From NCBI RefSeq assembly GCF_009914755.1, contig NC_060925.1: a stretch of DNA of 64,000 nucleotides. One strand, 5' to 3'. This document shows positions 48,591 to 64,000 of this stretch, piece after piece. The position numbers and the translations under genes were made by a program. Numbering within the stretch: position 1 is the first letter of the stretch; every line of letters starts with the position of its first letter. The stretch comes from the human T2T-CHM13v2.0 reference genome, Homo sapiens. A model generated the notes under the pieces. It had not been told where the DNA came from and searched no databases. It worked only from the letters and a program-made list of their open reading frames with translations.

Positions 48591-49134
48591 TGCTGACAGA
48601 CTGAATATACAAACAGACAGTGGCCAGGCCATATCTAAAAATAGAACTCTGACCCACAATCTGCAACAACCAGCCCAGGAAGCCAATCCATCCAGCCCAG
48701 GAAGCCAGCCTACTCTCAATATGTCAGACTCTCAAGGAAGTAAGATCACTATCACTAGCAATCAGCCCCGGAAGCAATAACACCTTTAACAATTGGCTCC
48801 AAATGGGCAGGACTTGATTAATAATTGACAGCTTCTCTAATTTTTGTCCCTGCTTCCAACTTAGGATAGGCCAGAGAAAGTCAAAAATATAAACCCCAAT
48901 CACATAGGATGCCCACTTCTAGTCAGCATGCCTACAGCTTCTCCATGCAAACAGCCTCCATTCAGGGGATACCTGAAGCTTTTCTTTATCCAAGTCTAAA
49001 GCTTTCCTACTCCTCTGCCTGCCTTGACATCTCTGCCAAAATGCAGGTGATGATGGCTGACTCCCTCGCTAGAGGAAGCTCTGAATAAATAGCCTTGCTT
49101 GTTCTCATTTGGGTGGTTTTCAATTATTTCCACA
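48591..49134 (+). mobile_element. Solo LTR, MER77/MER21-like
   Basis: TG...CA ends, agaactctgacccacaa and cagcccaggaagcca motifs, and AATAAA near the 3' end. Confidence 0.65.
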
Positions 49135-50274
49135 CTGCATTTGTAAAATGACAGGGTTGGAATAGATGATTCTGGGTTCTAGAAACTAGATGTGTTACCA
49201 CTGTCTCAGGGAACCAGATGTAGCTGCTGCCACAATTGCCTTCCATTAGCGAAAAGGAACCTGCATGGTTTCTGTATCACCAGCTTTGGATTCAGAGTTC
49301 AATGAATGCATCTGATTGCACAGGCCGAGATGAGATGAGGCCATGTGCTCTGGATGACAAGGAGGCTGGACAAGCTTCCTCTGATGGGAGATGGGCTCTT
49401 TCTCAAAAGGAGCGGCATCCCAAACTTAGGAATGAGGTCCAAGCCCAGGTGACCAAAAAGACTTTAAAAAGTCTACTATATCCCTCATTTCCACCATGGC
49501 TTGGGGTTGCTCAGACTCCCTATTTGCAAAGATTCAGGTCTTTTCTAACATACTCCACTGTAGCTTTGTCTGCCTGTCCCTCTCCATATGGATGGAGAAC
49601 AAACGGACCATTCCCTCGCTGGACTCCTAAGTTCCTGGAAGTTAGGGCTATGTTGTCTTTTTAGCTTTTTAGCCTGCCACACCCTACCCCATCTCAGCAC
49701 AGTATAATGCTACATTATTAATAAGGACTGAATCTGAAAGCAAGATAATGGAAAGTGTTTTTTTAAAAATATATCAAATGTAGTTGCTTTTTATTTGTAA
49801 ATGGCTGTTAGCTGATTTTTTCATGAGTTAAAGGCCTTTGGCCTTTGTTAGAAAACAGATAATCCACCCTGCTCTGCAAACTGGGCCTTGCTCACGGGAG
49901 GCAGTACAATAAATGGCAAAAGAATGACTGAATATAGCCACTCACTTATTTCACTGGGAGATTGGGAACAAAAAAGGTGACATTTGCCAGTTCAGTTCAA
50001 CTGTCAGGAGCACAGTGAGTCAATCACTTAACGGGAAGAGAGTAGGACTCAGAGGCCTGGAGGCAGGAAGCCATGAATTGTAAGAGTGCTCACACCTTTC
50101 TGTGTACATTCTTAGTCTTCTAGAATGTTAGAAGTGGGAAGGAATGTTCATAGAGAATATGCAGATCTACATAGAGAATATGCAGATCATTTTCGAGGGT
50201 CCAGAGAGGAAAAGTGATTTGCCAAAGGTTAATACAGTGAGTTATGGCCGAGTTGGCATTAAAATTCAGTTCCT

Positions 50275-50530
50275 GGCTGGGCATGTTGGTGCATGCCTGT
50301 AATCCCAGTACTTTGGGAGGAAGAAGTGGGTGGACTGCTTGAGCCAGGAGTTTGAGACCAGTCTGGGCAACATAGTAAGACCTTGCCTCTACAAAAAAAA
50401 AAAAAAAAAAAAAAAAAATTAGGTGAGAGGATCTCTTGAGCCTGGGAGATTAAGGCTGTACTTAACCATGATCCTGCACTACACTCCTGACTGGGTGACA
50501 GAGTAAGCCTCAGAAAAAAAACAAAAAAAA
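50275..50530 (+). mobile_element. Alu (AluJ-type) with expanded middle A-tract
   Basis: Alu consensus with a partial right arm. Confidence 0.85.
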
Positions 50531-50579
50531 TTCAAGTCCCTGTACATCCAGGTCCAGTAAACCTCAGTTCAATTCAAGA

Positions 50580-52680
50580 AGAACTAAATGTTATCCAGAT
50601 TACAAATGAAGAATGTATTTATTCATAGATGACATGATTATCTAGGTAGAAACATCCAATGGAATTTACAAAAAGCAACAAACTAGGTGCAATGGCTCAT
50701 GCTTGTAATCCCAGGACTTTGAGAGGTTGAGGCAGGAGGATCACTTGAGCTCAGGAGTTCGAGTCCAGCCTGGGCAGTAGAGTAAGGCCCCATCTCTACA
50801 AAAAGTTAGCTAGGTGTGGTGGCAAGCATCTGTGGTCCCAGCTACACAGGAGGCTGAGGTGGGAGGATTGCTTGGGCCCAGGAAGCCAATGATGTAGTGT
50901 GCTGTGTTCCCACCACTGCACTGCAGCTTTGGTGACAGAGGGAGACCCAGTCTCAGCAATAACAACAAAAGCAACTAGAACTAATAAGAAAGCTTAGTGA
51001 AGTTGCAGAATACAAGATCAATATACAAAAACAAGTTGTATTTCCATACACCAGCAACACACTCTTGGAACTTGAAATTTTTAAAGATTACTAATTACAA
51101 TAGCATAAAAAATGAAAATACTTGGGGATAAATCAGGGACAGAAGATTTAAAAGATCTCTACTGGAAACTGCAAACCATTGCTGGAAGAAATTAAAGACG
51201 ATCTAAATAATAAATATATACCATATTCATGGGTTAAAAGATTCAACTTTATTAAGATTTTCTCCCCAACATGATCTATAAACTTAAGGCATTCACAATC
51301 AAAATTCCAGCTGCTTTGTTTTAGGTAAAATTTATAAACCAATTTTAAAATTAATATAAAATGAAACAGATTAAAAATGGCCAGAATAACTTTTAAAAAG
51401 AACAAAATTGGAGGATTAATATTATCTGATTTCAAATTTATATAAAGCTATGGCAATTCAGACAGTATAGTATTGATGTAAAGATAGAAGATCGAAAAAT
51501 AGATCAATGGAACAGAATAGAAAGTCTTGAAAAGACCCATGTATATATGGACAATTGATTTTCAACAAAGTACAACAGCAATTTGGTTAAGATAAAATAG
51601 TCTTTTAAAGAGATGGTGCTATAGTAGTTGGGTAGCCAAACAGCAAAAAAAAACGGGGCAAAACAAAACAAAAAACACAAAATAAAAACAAAAAACCCAA
51701 AAAACCAAAACAAAAATCAAACAACAACAACAACAACAAAAACCCTTGGATTCATACCTCACTTCATAATTAAAACTTAACTAAAAATGGACCCTGGATC
51801 TAAGTGTACAACTACACAACTTCTCAAGGAAAACTCTTGTGACTTTGGATTAGTCAAAAATTCTTTAGATTTAGCAGCAAAAGCACAATCTATAAAAGAA
51901 CAAATTGGTAAGTTGTACTACATCAAAGTTAAAAATTTCTGTTCTTCAAAAGACATCTAAGAAAATGAAAAGATAATCCATAGTCAGGGAGAAAACATTT
52001 ATAAATCCTGTATATGATAAAGAACTTGTGTCCAGAAAACATAAAGAATACTCAGAACTCAATTACAAGAAAACAATGCAATTTTCTAAATGAGCAAAAG
52101 ATTTGGACACCAAAGAAGATAAACAAATGCCTGCCTCCACCCTCCCCCCTCCCCCAAAAAACACATGAAAAGATGCCCAACATCATTTGTCAGTACGTAA
52201 GTGCAAATTAAAGCCACAATAAGATAGCACACCTGTTAGAATGGCTACAATTAAAAAGAATGAACACACTAAGTGTTGGAGAAGTTGTGGAAGAACTAAA
52301 ATTGTCTTATACTGCTGATGATAAGAATGTAAAATGGCACAACCACTTTGGAAAACAGTTTATTGGTTTCTTAAAAAGCTATATGACCCAACTATTCCAC
52401 TTCTACATATTCATCCAAGAGAAAAGGAAGAATATGTCCATACAAACACTTATACAAGAACGTTCATGTCAGCTTTATTTTTAATAGTCAGCAATTTCAA
52501 ACAATCTTAATGTCATTAACAAGTGAATAGGTAAACTAATTGCAGTAGATATGTGCATTATCTTGATGGTGGTGAAGGTTTTATAGGTATATACATATGT
52601 CGAAACTTACCAAACTGTATACTTTAAATATGTGCAGTTTATTGCATGCTAATTATTGCCCAGTAAAGGTGTGAAAAATT
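50580..52680 (+). mobile_element. Old L1M 3' fragment, with Alu insertion 50681-50968
   Basis: ORF2 C-terminal remnants (gttgcagaatacaagatcaatatacaaaa; gatcaatggaacagaatagaaag) and an L1M-type 3'UTR. Confidence 0.8.
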
Positions 52681-53558
52681 CAATTCAAGATAATTTCTTT
52701 TCTAGGCATTGTGGATGTTACAAATGCATAAAGAGAGTATGTGGTAGGGCAGTCATGTCCAGCAATATGAGGCTCAATGTGATTAAGGCAAGACGTTCAT
52801 GCAGGGAGGTCAGGGAAGGCTTTCTGAAAAATGGATCTTGGATTGGACTTTTAAGGTCCAATTTGATGTCAGTGAGGGGCATGGGAAGACAGGGACCTTG
52901 AAGTCCTGCTAGCCCAGGGAAGTGGCTCAATCCTGAACTAATATCTATATTCTCTATCACATTTATGGCATATCATAGTTCAAAATACTTTTATTTAAAT
53001 TATTTAATTTGTTTCTTTATGTACCACCTCCTATGAAAGTGATTGAGAGAGGCTTATATGAACACATACAATACAACAAGAGTTAAAGAAAATAGATGAA
53101 ACACGTGGAATACAGACAATATAACGAAATTGTGATAAGATCATTTCACAAAGGATATATGATAAGGTTCTGAATCATAAGTTGGTAGAAGGATTAAAAT
53201 TTGGCTCTGAACTTTCTAAAGGATGGAACAAAGAGAGAAGCATGATCATTACAAAAAGTACCGAGCATTCTTTACCAATAACTTGGAAAAGGAAAAAAGG
53301 AACAACTTACCAAGCACTTTGTCTAGGTTCTCTCATTCAAACCTCACATACCCTGAACAGTGGGCCTGTCTTTCCTACAGATGGCAGAGATCAGTGATTT
53401 CTGGAGCTGTTATGGAGATGGTTAATATGTGGAAGTAGCTCCCTCTTTGTCTTGCATAAAGGAGGGAACTGCTGCTGGTCTTTAAATGAATCTTTTCACT
53501 GAGAAGGATTCAGAAAGAATCTAAAAAATTCTTTTCAGAGACAGAAAATCAGCTTTGA

Positions 53559-53858
53559 GGACGTGTGCAGTGGCTTACGCCTGTAATCCCAGCACTTTGG
53601 GGGCCCAAGGTGGGCAGATCACTTGAGGCCAGGAGTTTGAGACCAGCATGACCAACATGGCAAAACCCCATACATGCAAAACTTAGCCAGGTGTGCTGGT
53701 GGACACCTGAAATCCCAGCTACTTGGGATGATGAGGCAGGAGAGTCTCTTAAACTGGGAGGTGGAGGCTGCAGTGAGCAAAGATTGTGCCACTGCACAAT
53801 TAACTGCAACAAAGCAAGACTCTATCTCAAAAAAAAAAAAAAAAAGAAAAAGGAGAAA
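53559..53858 (+). mobile_element. Alu
   Basis: TSD agaaaatcagctttg/agaaaaccagctttg. Confidence 0.9.
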
Positions 53859-54251
53859 AGAAAACCAGCTTTGGATCATCTCGATCTATGATTAGATGAA
53901 GATGATATGGAATTACTAATCCCCTAGCTTTCTTCTAGACACAAATGTAAATCCACCTCAGAGGAAGATACTATTATTACAATGTGAAAACATCTGAAAG
54001 TATTAGAGACGTAACAAAACAGGCATAACTATAGGGCCAAGGTTTGGGAGATGAAAACTCACAGAAGTGAGCCCAGTGTTGGGGGATGCTTTTCCCCTAG
54101 GGATATAATCTAAATTCACAAAAATTGATGTAAGTTTGGAAGACTGAGAGGCTGAAAATAAAGGTATTTTTCTCAGAGCCTGCTAAAGAAGGCTCTGGCA
54201 ACCTCCTTTCCAGGCTTTGGGTTGGGATCTCAAGGTGCTACAACCTAGGAG

Positions 54252-55016
54252 TGAAATTGCCTTTGCAAAAATTATGACAGTGAGAGAAATCTGACAGAAA
54301 AATTATGACAGTGAAATAAATCTGACATAACTAATTCCATCTTTCCTGTAATCTTCAAGTTGCCCTTGTCCATTCCTGGACATAAGCCAAGCTAACTACG
54401 GGAGGAATTTAGTTTATAGTTTAACTTTAAAACAAAGATGATAATACCCCCTTCCTGAAACTAACTTGCTCCTTGCTCAGGGACTGAAACTACCTGTGCA
54501 AAACTAAACTTAGCAATATGGTTAGAATTATAGTTCAGGAGTCATGTAGCCAGAGGTCACAAAATTTGTAACCTCCCCAATTTCTCCTATAGATAGCATC
54601 ACTATTGTCAACCTAAGATTGGTATTTGAGGTATTTTCCAGACCCTGCATTTTGATGGACCAGCTGATGGTCCACCTGAACCAGTAACCCATACCAAGAA
54701 ACTTGCCCATTTGGTGTTGTGACCCCCACCCAGAAACTGACTCAGCATAAGAAGACAGCTTTGATCCCCTATGATTTCATCCCTGACCCAACCAATCAGC
54801 ATTCTCCATTCCCTAGATCCCTGCCTTCCAAATATCCTTGAAAAGCCCTAGCCTCTGAGTTTTTGAGGAGGCTGATTTGAGTAAGAATTACTCCCATCCA
54901 TTTGCTCAGCTACCTAGCCCTGTGATTATTAAACTCTTTCTCTGCTGTAATATCACTGTCTTGGTGGATTGGCTTTATCTGTGCAGTAGACAAGAAGAAC
55001 CCACCTGGTGGTAACA
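54252..55016 (+). mobile_element. ERV1 solo LTR, LTR8-family (LTR8A/B-like)
   Basis: Starts tgaaattgcctttgcaaaaattatgacagtgag and ends gtaaca. 4-bp TSD-like GGAG/GCAG. Confidence 0.8.
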
Positions 55017-55059
55017 GCAGAAATGGCAATTCATAAATAGGCTAGTTATACCAGGGACA

Positions 55060-56050
55060 GAAAACCAGCTTTAAATCATCTCAGTCTATGATTAGATCAA
55101 GGTAATATGGGATTACTAATCCCCTAGCTTCCTTCCAGAAGCAAATGTAAATCCATCTCAGAGGAAGACAATATTATTCCAAGTTTAACATTATTTTTTA
55201 TAATTTTTCATATGCAATATCTGGAGCTCAAAGACAAATAACAACAAATGAGGAGACAAAATAATGTGATATAAAATAATGGAAAAAATAATGTTAGTTT
55301 TCAAAGAAAAATAATAAAAAGACAATAGAAATAGATATACAGGGAGTGCAGATAATAGAGTTATCAGATATAGGCTTTATAGTAACTATGAAAAATACAT
55401 GCAAGGAAATAAAAAGCAAGACCATTTCAACAGAGAACTGGGAACTATAAAGAAACTTATTTGAAATTCTAGAACAGTACAGATAATACAAATTTAGAGT
55501 TCAATGGATGAAACTTGACAGAGATTAGATATAGATAAAGGCAGAAAATATCCAGAAAAAAATAGAGAGGCAAAGAAATGGAAAATATAGAAAATCATAC
55601 AAAACATAGAGAACACAGTGAAGAAGTCTGTATACATGTAATTGAATTCCCTGAAAAAGAGGCAAGAGAAACTGTGGGGCAGAAACAATATTCCTAGAGA
55701 TAATAACTGGGAATTTTAAAAAGCTGATAAAACATATAAGACCACAGATTTTAAAAACTCCACAACCCCAGGCAATCAAAATACAAAGAAAACACATCTA
55801 AGCACATTATAGTAAAATTGCTGAAAATTGAAGACAAAAGTATAACTTCAGAAACAATCAGAAGAAAAGAAAAACTACTTTCAAATGACTAAGATTAGCA
55901 ACTGTCTTCTCAACAAAAACAGTGAAAGCCATAAAATAAGGAAACGATATCTTTGAATTGCTGGGAGGAAAAAACAACTATAAAGAAAAACAAGTACTGT
56001 CAACCAAAAGTTCTATAACCAGAGGAGAAATGCTTCGTAAATGATGGTGA
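55060..56050 (+). mobile_element. Old L1M 5'/ORF1 region
   Basis: A-rich ORF1-like remnants (cacatctaagcacattatagtaaaattgctgaaa). Confidence 0.65.
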
Positions 56051-56120
56051 ATACATATATAATATACTCTATCAAAATCTCAACTGGCATTTTTTTTTTG
56101 CAGAAATTAACGAATTGATC

Positions 56121-56899
<779 letters not shown>

Positions 56900-57257
56900 T
56901 GATCTTAAATTCATATGAAATTAAGGGAACCCAGAAGAGCCAAAATAATCTTGAAAAAGATAAACAACGTTGGAAGACTCACATTTCCCAGTTTCAAACT
57001 TATTACAAAGCTATGGTAATTAAGACAGGCTCATACTGGTAAAAGACTAGACATGCAGATCAATGAAATAGTGTTGAGAGCCCAGAAATAAATCCTTACA
57101 TTTATGGTCACTTGATTTTTCAACAAGGGTGACATTACTATTCAATGGGGAAAATAATAGTCTTTCCAACAAATGGTGTTGGGACAATTGGATATCCATA
57201 AGTAAAAGAATGATGCTGGACCCCTATTCACAACATATACAAAAATTGACTCAAAAT

Positions 57258-57564
57258 GGCTGGGCCTGGTGGCTCATTCCTGTAATCTTAGCACTTTGGG
57301 AAGCTGAGGCAGGCAGATTGCTTGAGCCCAGGAGTTTGAGACCAGCCTTGGCAATATGGTGAAACTCCATCTCTACAAAAAATATAAAATATTAGCTGGG
57401 TGTGGCAGCGTGTGCCTGTAGTCTCACTACCCAGGAGGCTGAAGTGGAAGGATCAACTGAGCCTGGGAGAGTGAGGCTGCAGTGAGCTGTGATCGTGCCA
57501 CTGCACTCCAGGCTGGGTGACAGAGTGAGACCCTATCTCAAAAAAAAAAAAAAAAAAAAAAAAA
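57258..57564 (+). mobile_element. Alu (AluJ-type)
   Basis: Full dimer with a long A tail. Confidence 0.9.
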
Positions 57565-57725
57565 GCCGAAGTATAAAATTTATATAAGAAAGCAGTAATT
57601 ATTTATGACCTTGGATTAAGCAAAGCTTTCTTAGATATGACACTAAGAGCAGAAGCAACATGAGAAAAAAAAGATAAATTGGAGTTCATGAAAATTTTAA
57701 ACTGTATGCTTTAAAGGACACCATT

Positions 57726-58030
<305 letters not shown>

Positions 58031-58107
58031 AAAGGACACTATCAAGAAAGTAAAAGACAATTGACAGAATGAAAGAACATATTTGCAAATTATATTAGAT
58101 GAGGAAC

Positions 58108-58817
<710 letters not shown>

Positions 58818-60263
58818 GGAACTTAGCCTACAGAAAATGTAAAGAACATTTAAAACTCAATGATAAAAAGACAATCCAGATTGAATAGACGTCTCACCAA
58901 ACAAACAAAAAGATGTATGAATGGCCAATAAGCACATGAAAAGATGCTCAACATCATTAGTCATTAAGGAGAGTCAAATCAAACCTACAATGCAGTAACA
59001 CTACACATCCACTAGGACGGCTCAAATATAAAAACATAGCCAACAATAAGTGTTAATGAGGATGTGGGGAAGTTGGAACCCCCATACGTTGCTTTATAAT
59101 CCCATTGCTAGTGGGATTGTAAAATGGTGCAGAAACTTTAGAAAACAGTCTGGCAGTTTCTCAAAATGTGAAACATGGAGTTACCATATGACTTAGCAAT
59201 TGCACACCCAGGTACCCAGGTATTGAAAGAGAGTTGAAGAGATGCCCACACAAAAACATGGACACAAAAGTTCATAGCAGTATTATTCATGATGGTCAAA
59301 AAGTGGAAACAATGCAAAATCCTTTAATTGATGAATGTATAATGAAATGTGGTACATACAATAGAATTATTCAGTAATAAAAAGGAAAGAAGAACTGATA
59401 CATGCTACAACGTGGATGCACTTTGAAAATATTAAGCTAAGTGAAAGAAGCCAGTCACAAAAGCTACATAGTGTATGATTCCATTTATATGAAATGCTTA
59501 TAATATGATTCCATTTATATGAAACATTCAGAACAGGCAAATCTATAGGGACAAAAAGTGAACCAGACTTCCAGCGAAGGAATGGGAAGAGTCAGGAATG
59601 ACTGCTAATGTGTATAAGGCTTCTTTCTGGATGATGAAAATGTTCTGAAATTAGTGATGCTGGTTGCACAACTCTGTGAAACTACTAAAAACTGCTGAAT
59701 TGTATACTTTGAAAGGATGCATTTTATGGGTATGTGAATTATGGCTCAATAAAGCTATTATTAAAAAACAAAGATGAAATAAAAACATTTTCAGGTCATC
59801 AAACATTAGGGGAAAGTAGAAATAGTTATTTAATTCACAATGATTTTAGAACAAAATGATTTGGCTTGTTAGAAGATGATTGCATTCACATCTACTTTCA
59901 TTACTATTGTTAATCAAAAAAGAGCTTGCTCATTGAATTTGGTCCTGAAGTTTTCATGTCATATTCTCTTATGACTTGTTTTGGTATTAGATTCCTGTTA
60001 TCATTTTAAAGCAACTTTACAGTCTCCTGAAACAGACTGGTAAGAACTGGGATTAATCACAGTATATTTTGTTGTTTCTATCTGGGTTACTATTATGAAC
60101 ACTTTATCAGGTAGTTGTCTTTTAAAAATCATATAGTTAAAGGGTGAAAAGTTGCTTGCAGTTGTCTAGCCTCTCTGATCTAAGCTCTTTTTGTTAGGGA
60201 AAGGCATTGAATGTGGCACAGGAATATATAAAAATAAAATTAGCAATTGTTAATAATAGCTAA

Positions 60264-60403
60264 TTTTTATTTTTTTCTTAAGTATTAAAAAAATAGAGAT
60301 GTGGTCTCTCTATGTTGCCCAGGCTGGTGTCAAACTCTTAAGCTGAAGGGATCTTCCCACCTTGGTCTGCCCAAAGTGCAGGTGTTAGCCACCGCTCCCA
60401 GCA
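60264..60403 (-). mobile_element. Alu left monomer (FLAM-like)
   Basis: Single arm with TSD-like taatagct flanks. Confidence 0.75.
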
Positions 60404-62305
60404 ACTAATAGCTTACTCTTTCTAGTGCTTACTAATGTGTCCAGCTCTCTTCTCTGTGCTTTGCCTGTATTTTCTCATTTCACTCTCATAAATACTTATG
60501 AAGCAGGTGATATTGTTATTTCCACTTCACAGATGAGGAAACCGAATCAAAGAAGAATCAAGTAACTTATTCAATTATTTTAATAATCATTCAAAGTCAC
60601 ATAGCTAGTAAGTTGCAGAGCCAGGAATACAAACACACCGTGTGACTCCATAGTCTGCATGTTTTCCAGAACACTGTACTGCCTCCCAAGTATTTAAACT
60701 TGGAGTCAGAGACCTGGGATGAATTCTAGGTAGTTCCATTTTCTGGTTCTATGAGCTTAGGCAAACCACCAAATTTCCCTTTGCCTTGGTTTTATAATCA
60801 TAATACAGAAATAATGATATCTGCTCTGTCTTATAGGGTTTTTGTGGGTATCAAATTGTAGAAGTACTTTGTAAAGCATTACACGACCAACTGGCTCACT
60901 GGACTGGAGTTGAAACTCCCCTGCTCCCTCCCTCCAAGAAACCCAGCCAGTAGAGCTAGCTCCCCTTCCCCTAGAAGTATTCATTTGCCTCCATTGAATT
61001 ACAGTGGGGCTGAAGAACTTTCTGGGGAAAAGGCTTGAACTCTGTTCACACTTGGGATTCAACACTCATAGACATGGCTGATAGATCAGAGCATACAGAA
61101 TCCAGATTACAGGGGGTTAATGGCAACCCCTACCCCTTAAAGAGGATTCACCTTGAGAAAGAAAGGAGTGTGACATGTGAGCTGTGCTCAGTAACAGGAA
61201 CCAATGTCACTGATATTGATGAATTCCAGTCCCATGTTACGAGAAACTCCTCCAAACCAACCACTGTGGAGGTATGTGGGCATCCTGGGGCCAAGCAGGT
61301 CTCAGAGTGTACATTGAGAAAGCTGCTTCACTGAACTCTGCAACACTTTGGACTCAATCTCCCTATTGGGGTGAATGTGACCTTGCAAAATTTTTTGGCA
61401 GGAGCAATTTAGCACTGAGAAGCTGCTGAGGAGAACCCTCTTCTCACCACCAGTGGGGTCACACATGGAGCTTGCAATAGCTAGCTCAGCCAGCCCTGAA
61501 AGCACAGACTGCCTCATGGGCTTGGAAGAAACATCCCTTTGAGAATTCTCAAAACACTCTAGGGACAGACTCCCCAAGAGCCTGCTATGTTTATATGAGC
61601 AGATGGAACGACAGAATTTCAAGATTTTTTATTTCTAATTTTTAATCACAGGCTGTGGAAATATGAACATTCAGGTTATGCTATTCCAAATTACTTTTAT
61701 TATTTTATTGTGGGAAAACAGAATTCAGTTAACTAGGATTAAGCAACAAAATCCACTTCCTTGTGGGATCATCTCTCTGGGCTAGGAAGAGGGATGGAGA
61801 CTTTTCAAGGCAGAGATTGCTCCATGGAGGAAAACACCTTCTCTTCATTTTCATGAGTAATAAGTTTCCCAAGAGGATATTTTTTGGAAGTTGAAGGCAG
61901 AATTTAAATGGAAAGCCCCACCCACTGTTGCTGGAAGCAACTTCTCTTCATCCTTTCTTTGACTTTTGATGCTTCCCTGGATCTGATTATTTAGCGGTGG
62001 GCAAAGGCTGGAGATAAGAAGCCAAAAGATAAGATTTCAGTGTAAGAATTCACGTCATTTTCATTTCAAGTACCATATATGAGCTTTTTCAGGGACACAA
62101 ACTCTAGTTGCTCTTATTCTGGGGCAAGCTCGGACCTGCCAGGCCTTAGCCTGCCTTTCTTTGCCAGTTTTAAAATCCATGTAGTAAGTGTGTGTGCTGT
62201 AAGTCTTTGTGTGTATGAGTGTGTGTGTGTGTCTGTGTGGCTGTTGGCTCATCCTAAACTTTTTACTGGCATCTTAGGCTTCTGCAAGTAGAAGATTCTC
62301 TACAT

Positions 62306-63194
<889 letters not shown>

Positions 63195-63627
63195 CTCTAC
63201 ATCACCCCTACCAGGAGCGAAAAGCCCTTTTCTGCAGGTCAGCTTTCAGTCTTCCATCCATCATCCCTTACAGAGCTTTCTTCTCATTATGTGACCCCTA
63301 AGTGAACTGAGCAGCCCATTGCTAAATCCCAAAGTGGTCAGCATCATGCTATAACCTGACCTCACCCAGTTGAATGCATCATTAACTCCATGTTCAAGGA
63401 GAAAGCAATGCTTTCCATTAAAGAAGGAATTTGAGAATCTCTGTGACTTATAATGAGTTGACTAACTAGCATATAGAATCAAAGTTTACCTATAGCAGAG
63501 TCTAAATTCATTGAGCTTTCTGGAGCTTTATCTATAGCAGTCTAAATTCATTTGTTCCTAGCAAAGTCTAAATTCATTCTAAACACTTTTAAAGTGTTTA
63601 GAATCCTTCTCCCTTCTAACATCCCTT

Positions 63628-64000
63628 CTGCATTAGTCAGGTTAGCCTAAGTTATGCTGTAGAAGCAAACAACTCCTTAATGTCTCTCAGCAGCATATTA
63701 CAACAAAAGTTATTTCTCACTTATTTTATATATGGAATAGATGTTAGCATGGGGACTCTCCTCATCATGGGTACTCAGGGACAGGCTGCAGGAAATGCTA
63801 TCATCCTGTAATAATGCTGCCATCTCAACATGGCAGGGGATGAGAGAGTGTGGACGATTGTGTGCTGGCTCTTAAATGCTTCCTTCAAGCATGACATGTG
63901 TTTCTTTCACTTATATTTCACTGGTCTAAACAGCCACATGGCCACGTCTAACTTCAATGGAACAGTGAAGTGCAATTTTCCTGTGTTCCAAGAAGTGGAA
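63628..64000. mobile_element. Old MLT1-type MaLR LTR, runs off window
   Basis: attagtcaggttagcctaagttatgctg...aacaaaagttatttctcact...cacatggccac. Confidence 0.6.

Noticed and set aside
49236-49664. 142-aa ORF
   Set aside because: Non-ATG start and no recognisable homology or splice structure.
50149-50188. 21-bp tandem duplication (similar small ones at ~47417-47453 and ~59474-59525)
   Set aside because: Ordinary slippage duplications with no sign of function.
61035-61334. 99-aa ORF with CxxC and a donor-like GAG|gtatgt; ccaatgtcact also occurs in IL19 exon 2 in similar form
   Set aside because: Non-ATG start, no recognisable domain, and the exon length does not fit the family. The shared word is compatible with chance.
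63491-63578. Repeat-spacer pattern as CRISPR-like
   Set aside because: Human DNA, only three degenerate copies, irregular short spacers and no cas genes.

Overview
This is human (primate) genomic DNA from the IL-10-family cytokine cluster at chr1q32. It holds two intact + strand genes. IL19 has five coding exons at 12952-18902 (177 aa, Ser at residue 175), and IL20 has five coding exons at 42161-44871 (176 aa). All introns are GT-AG and phase 0, and the three internal coding exons are the same size in both genes (66/153/75 nt). Upstream of each gene are candidate non-coding exons and promoter motifs. The rest is mostly repeats: about 20 Alus, a near-full-length ~8 kb decayed L1MA-type element, other L1M fragments, solo LTRs (MER41-, MER31-, MER77-, LTR8-, MLT2-, MST- and MLT1-like) and hAT MITEs (MER1A, MER1B, MER53, MER5A, MER119-like). 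Most ORFs in the supplied track are Alu/L1 or chance ORFs. I see no evidence of a wholly new biological system. The best leads are isoform-level: an in-frame N-extended 261-aa IL-20, a possible in-frame IL19-IL20 read-through fusion, an intronic-polyadenylation IL-19, and an LTR/Alu-derived IL19 leader with a uORF. There is also a series of short local templated duplications, one with a perfect 15-bp target-site-like duplication. Repeat subfamily names come from recalled consensus sequences and need RepeatMasker/Dfam confirmation.
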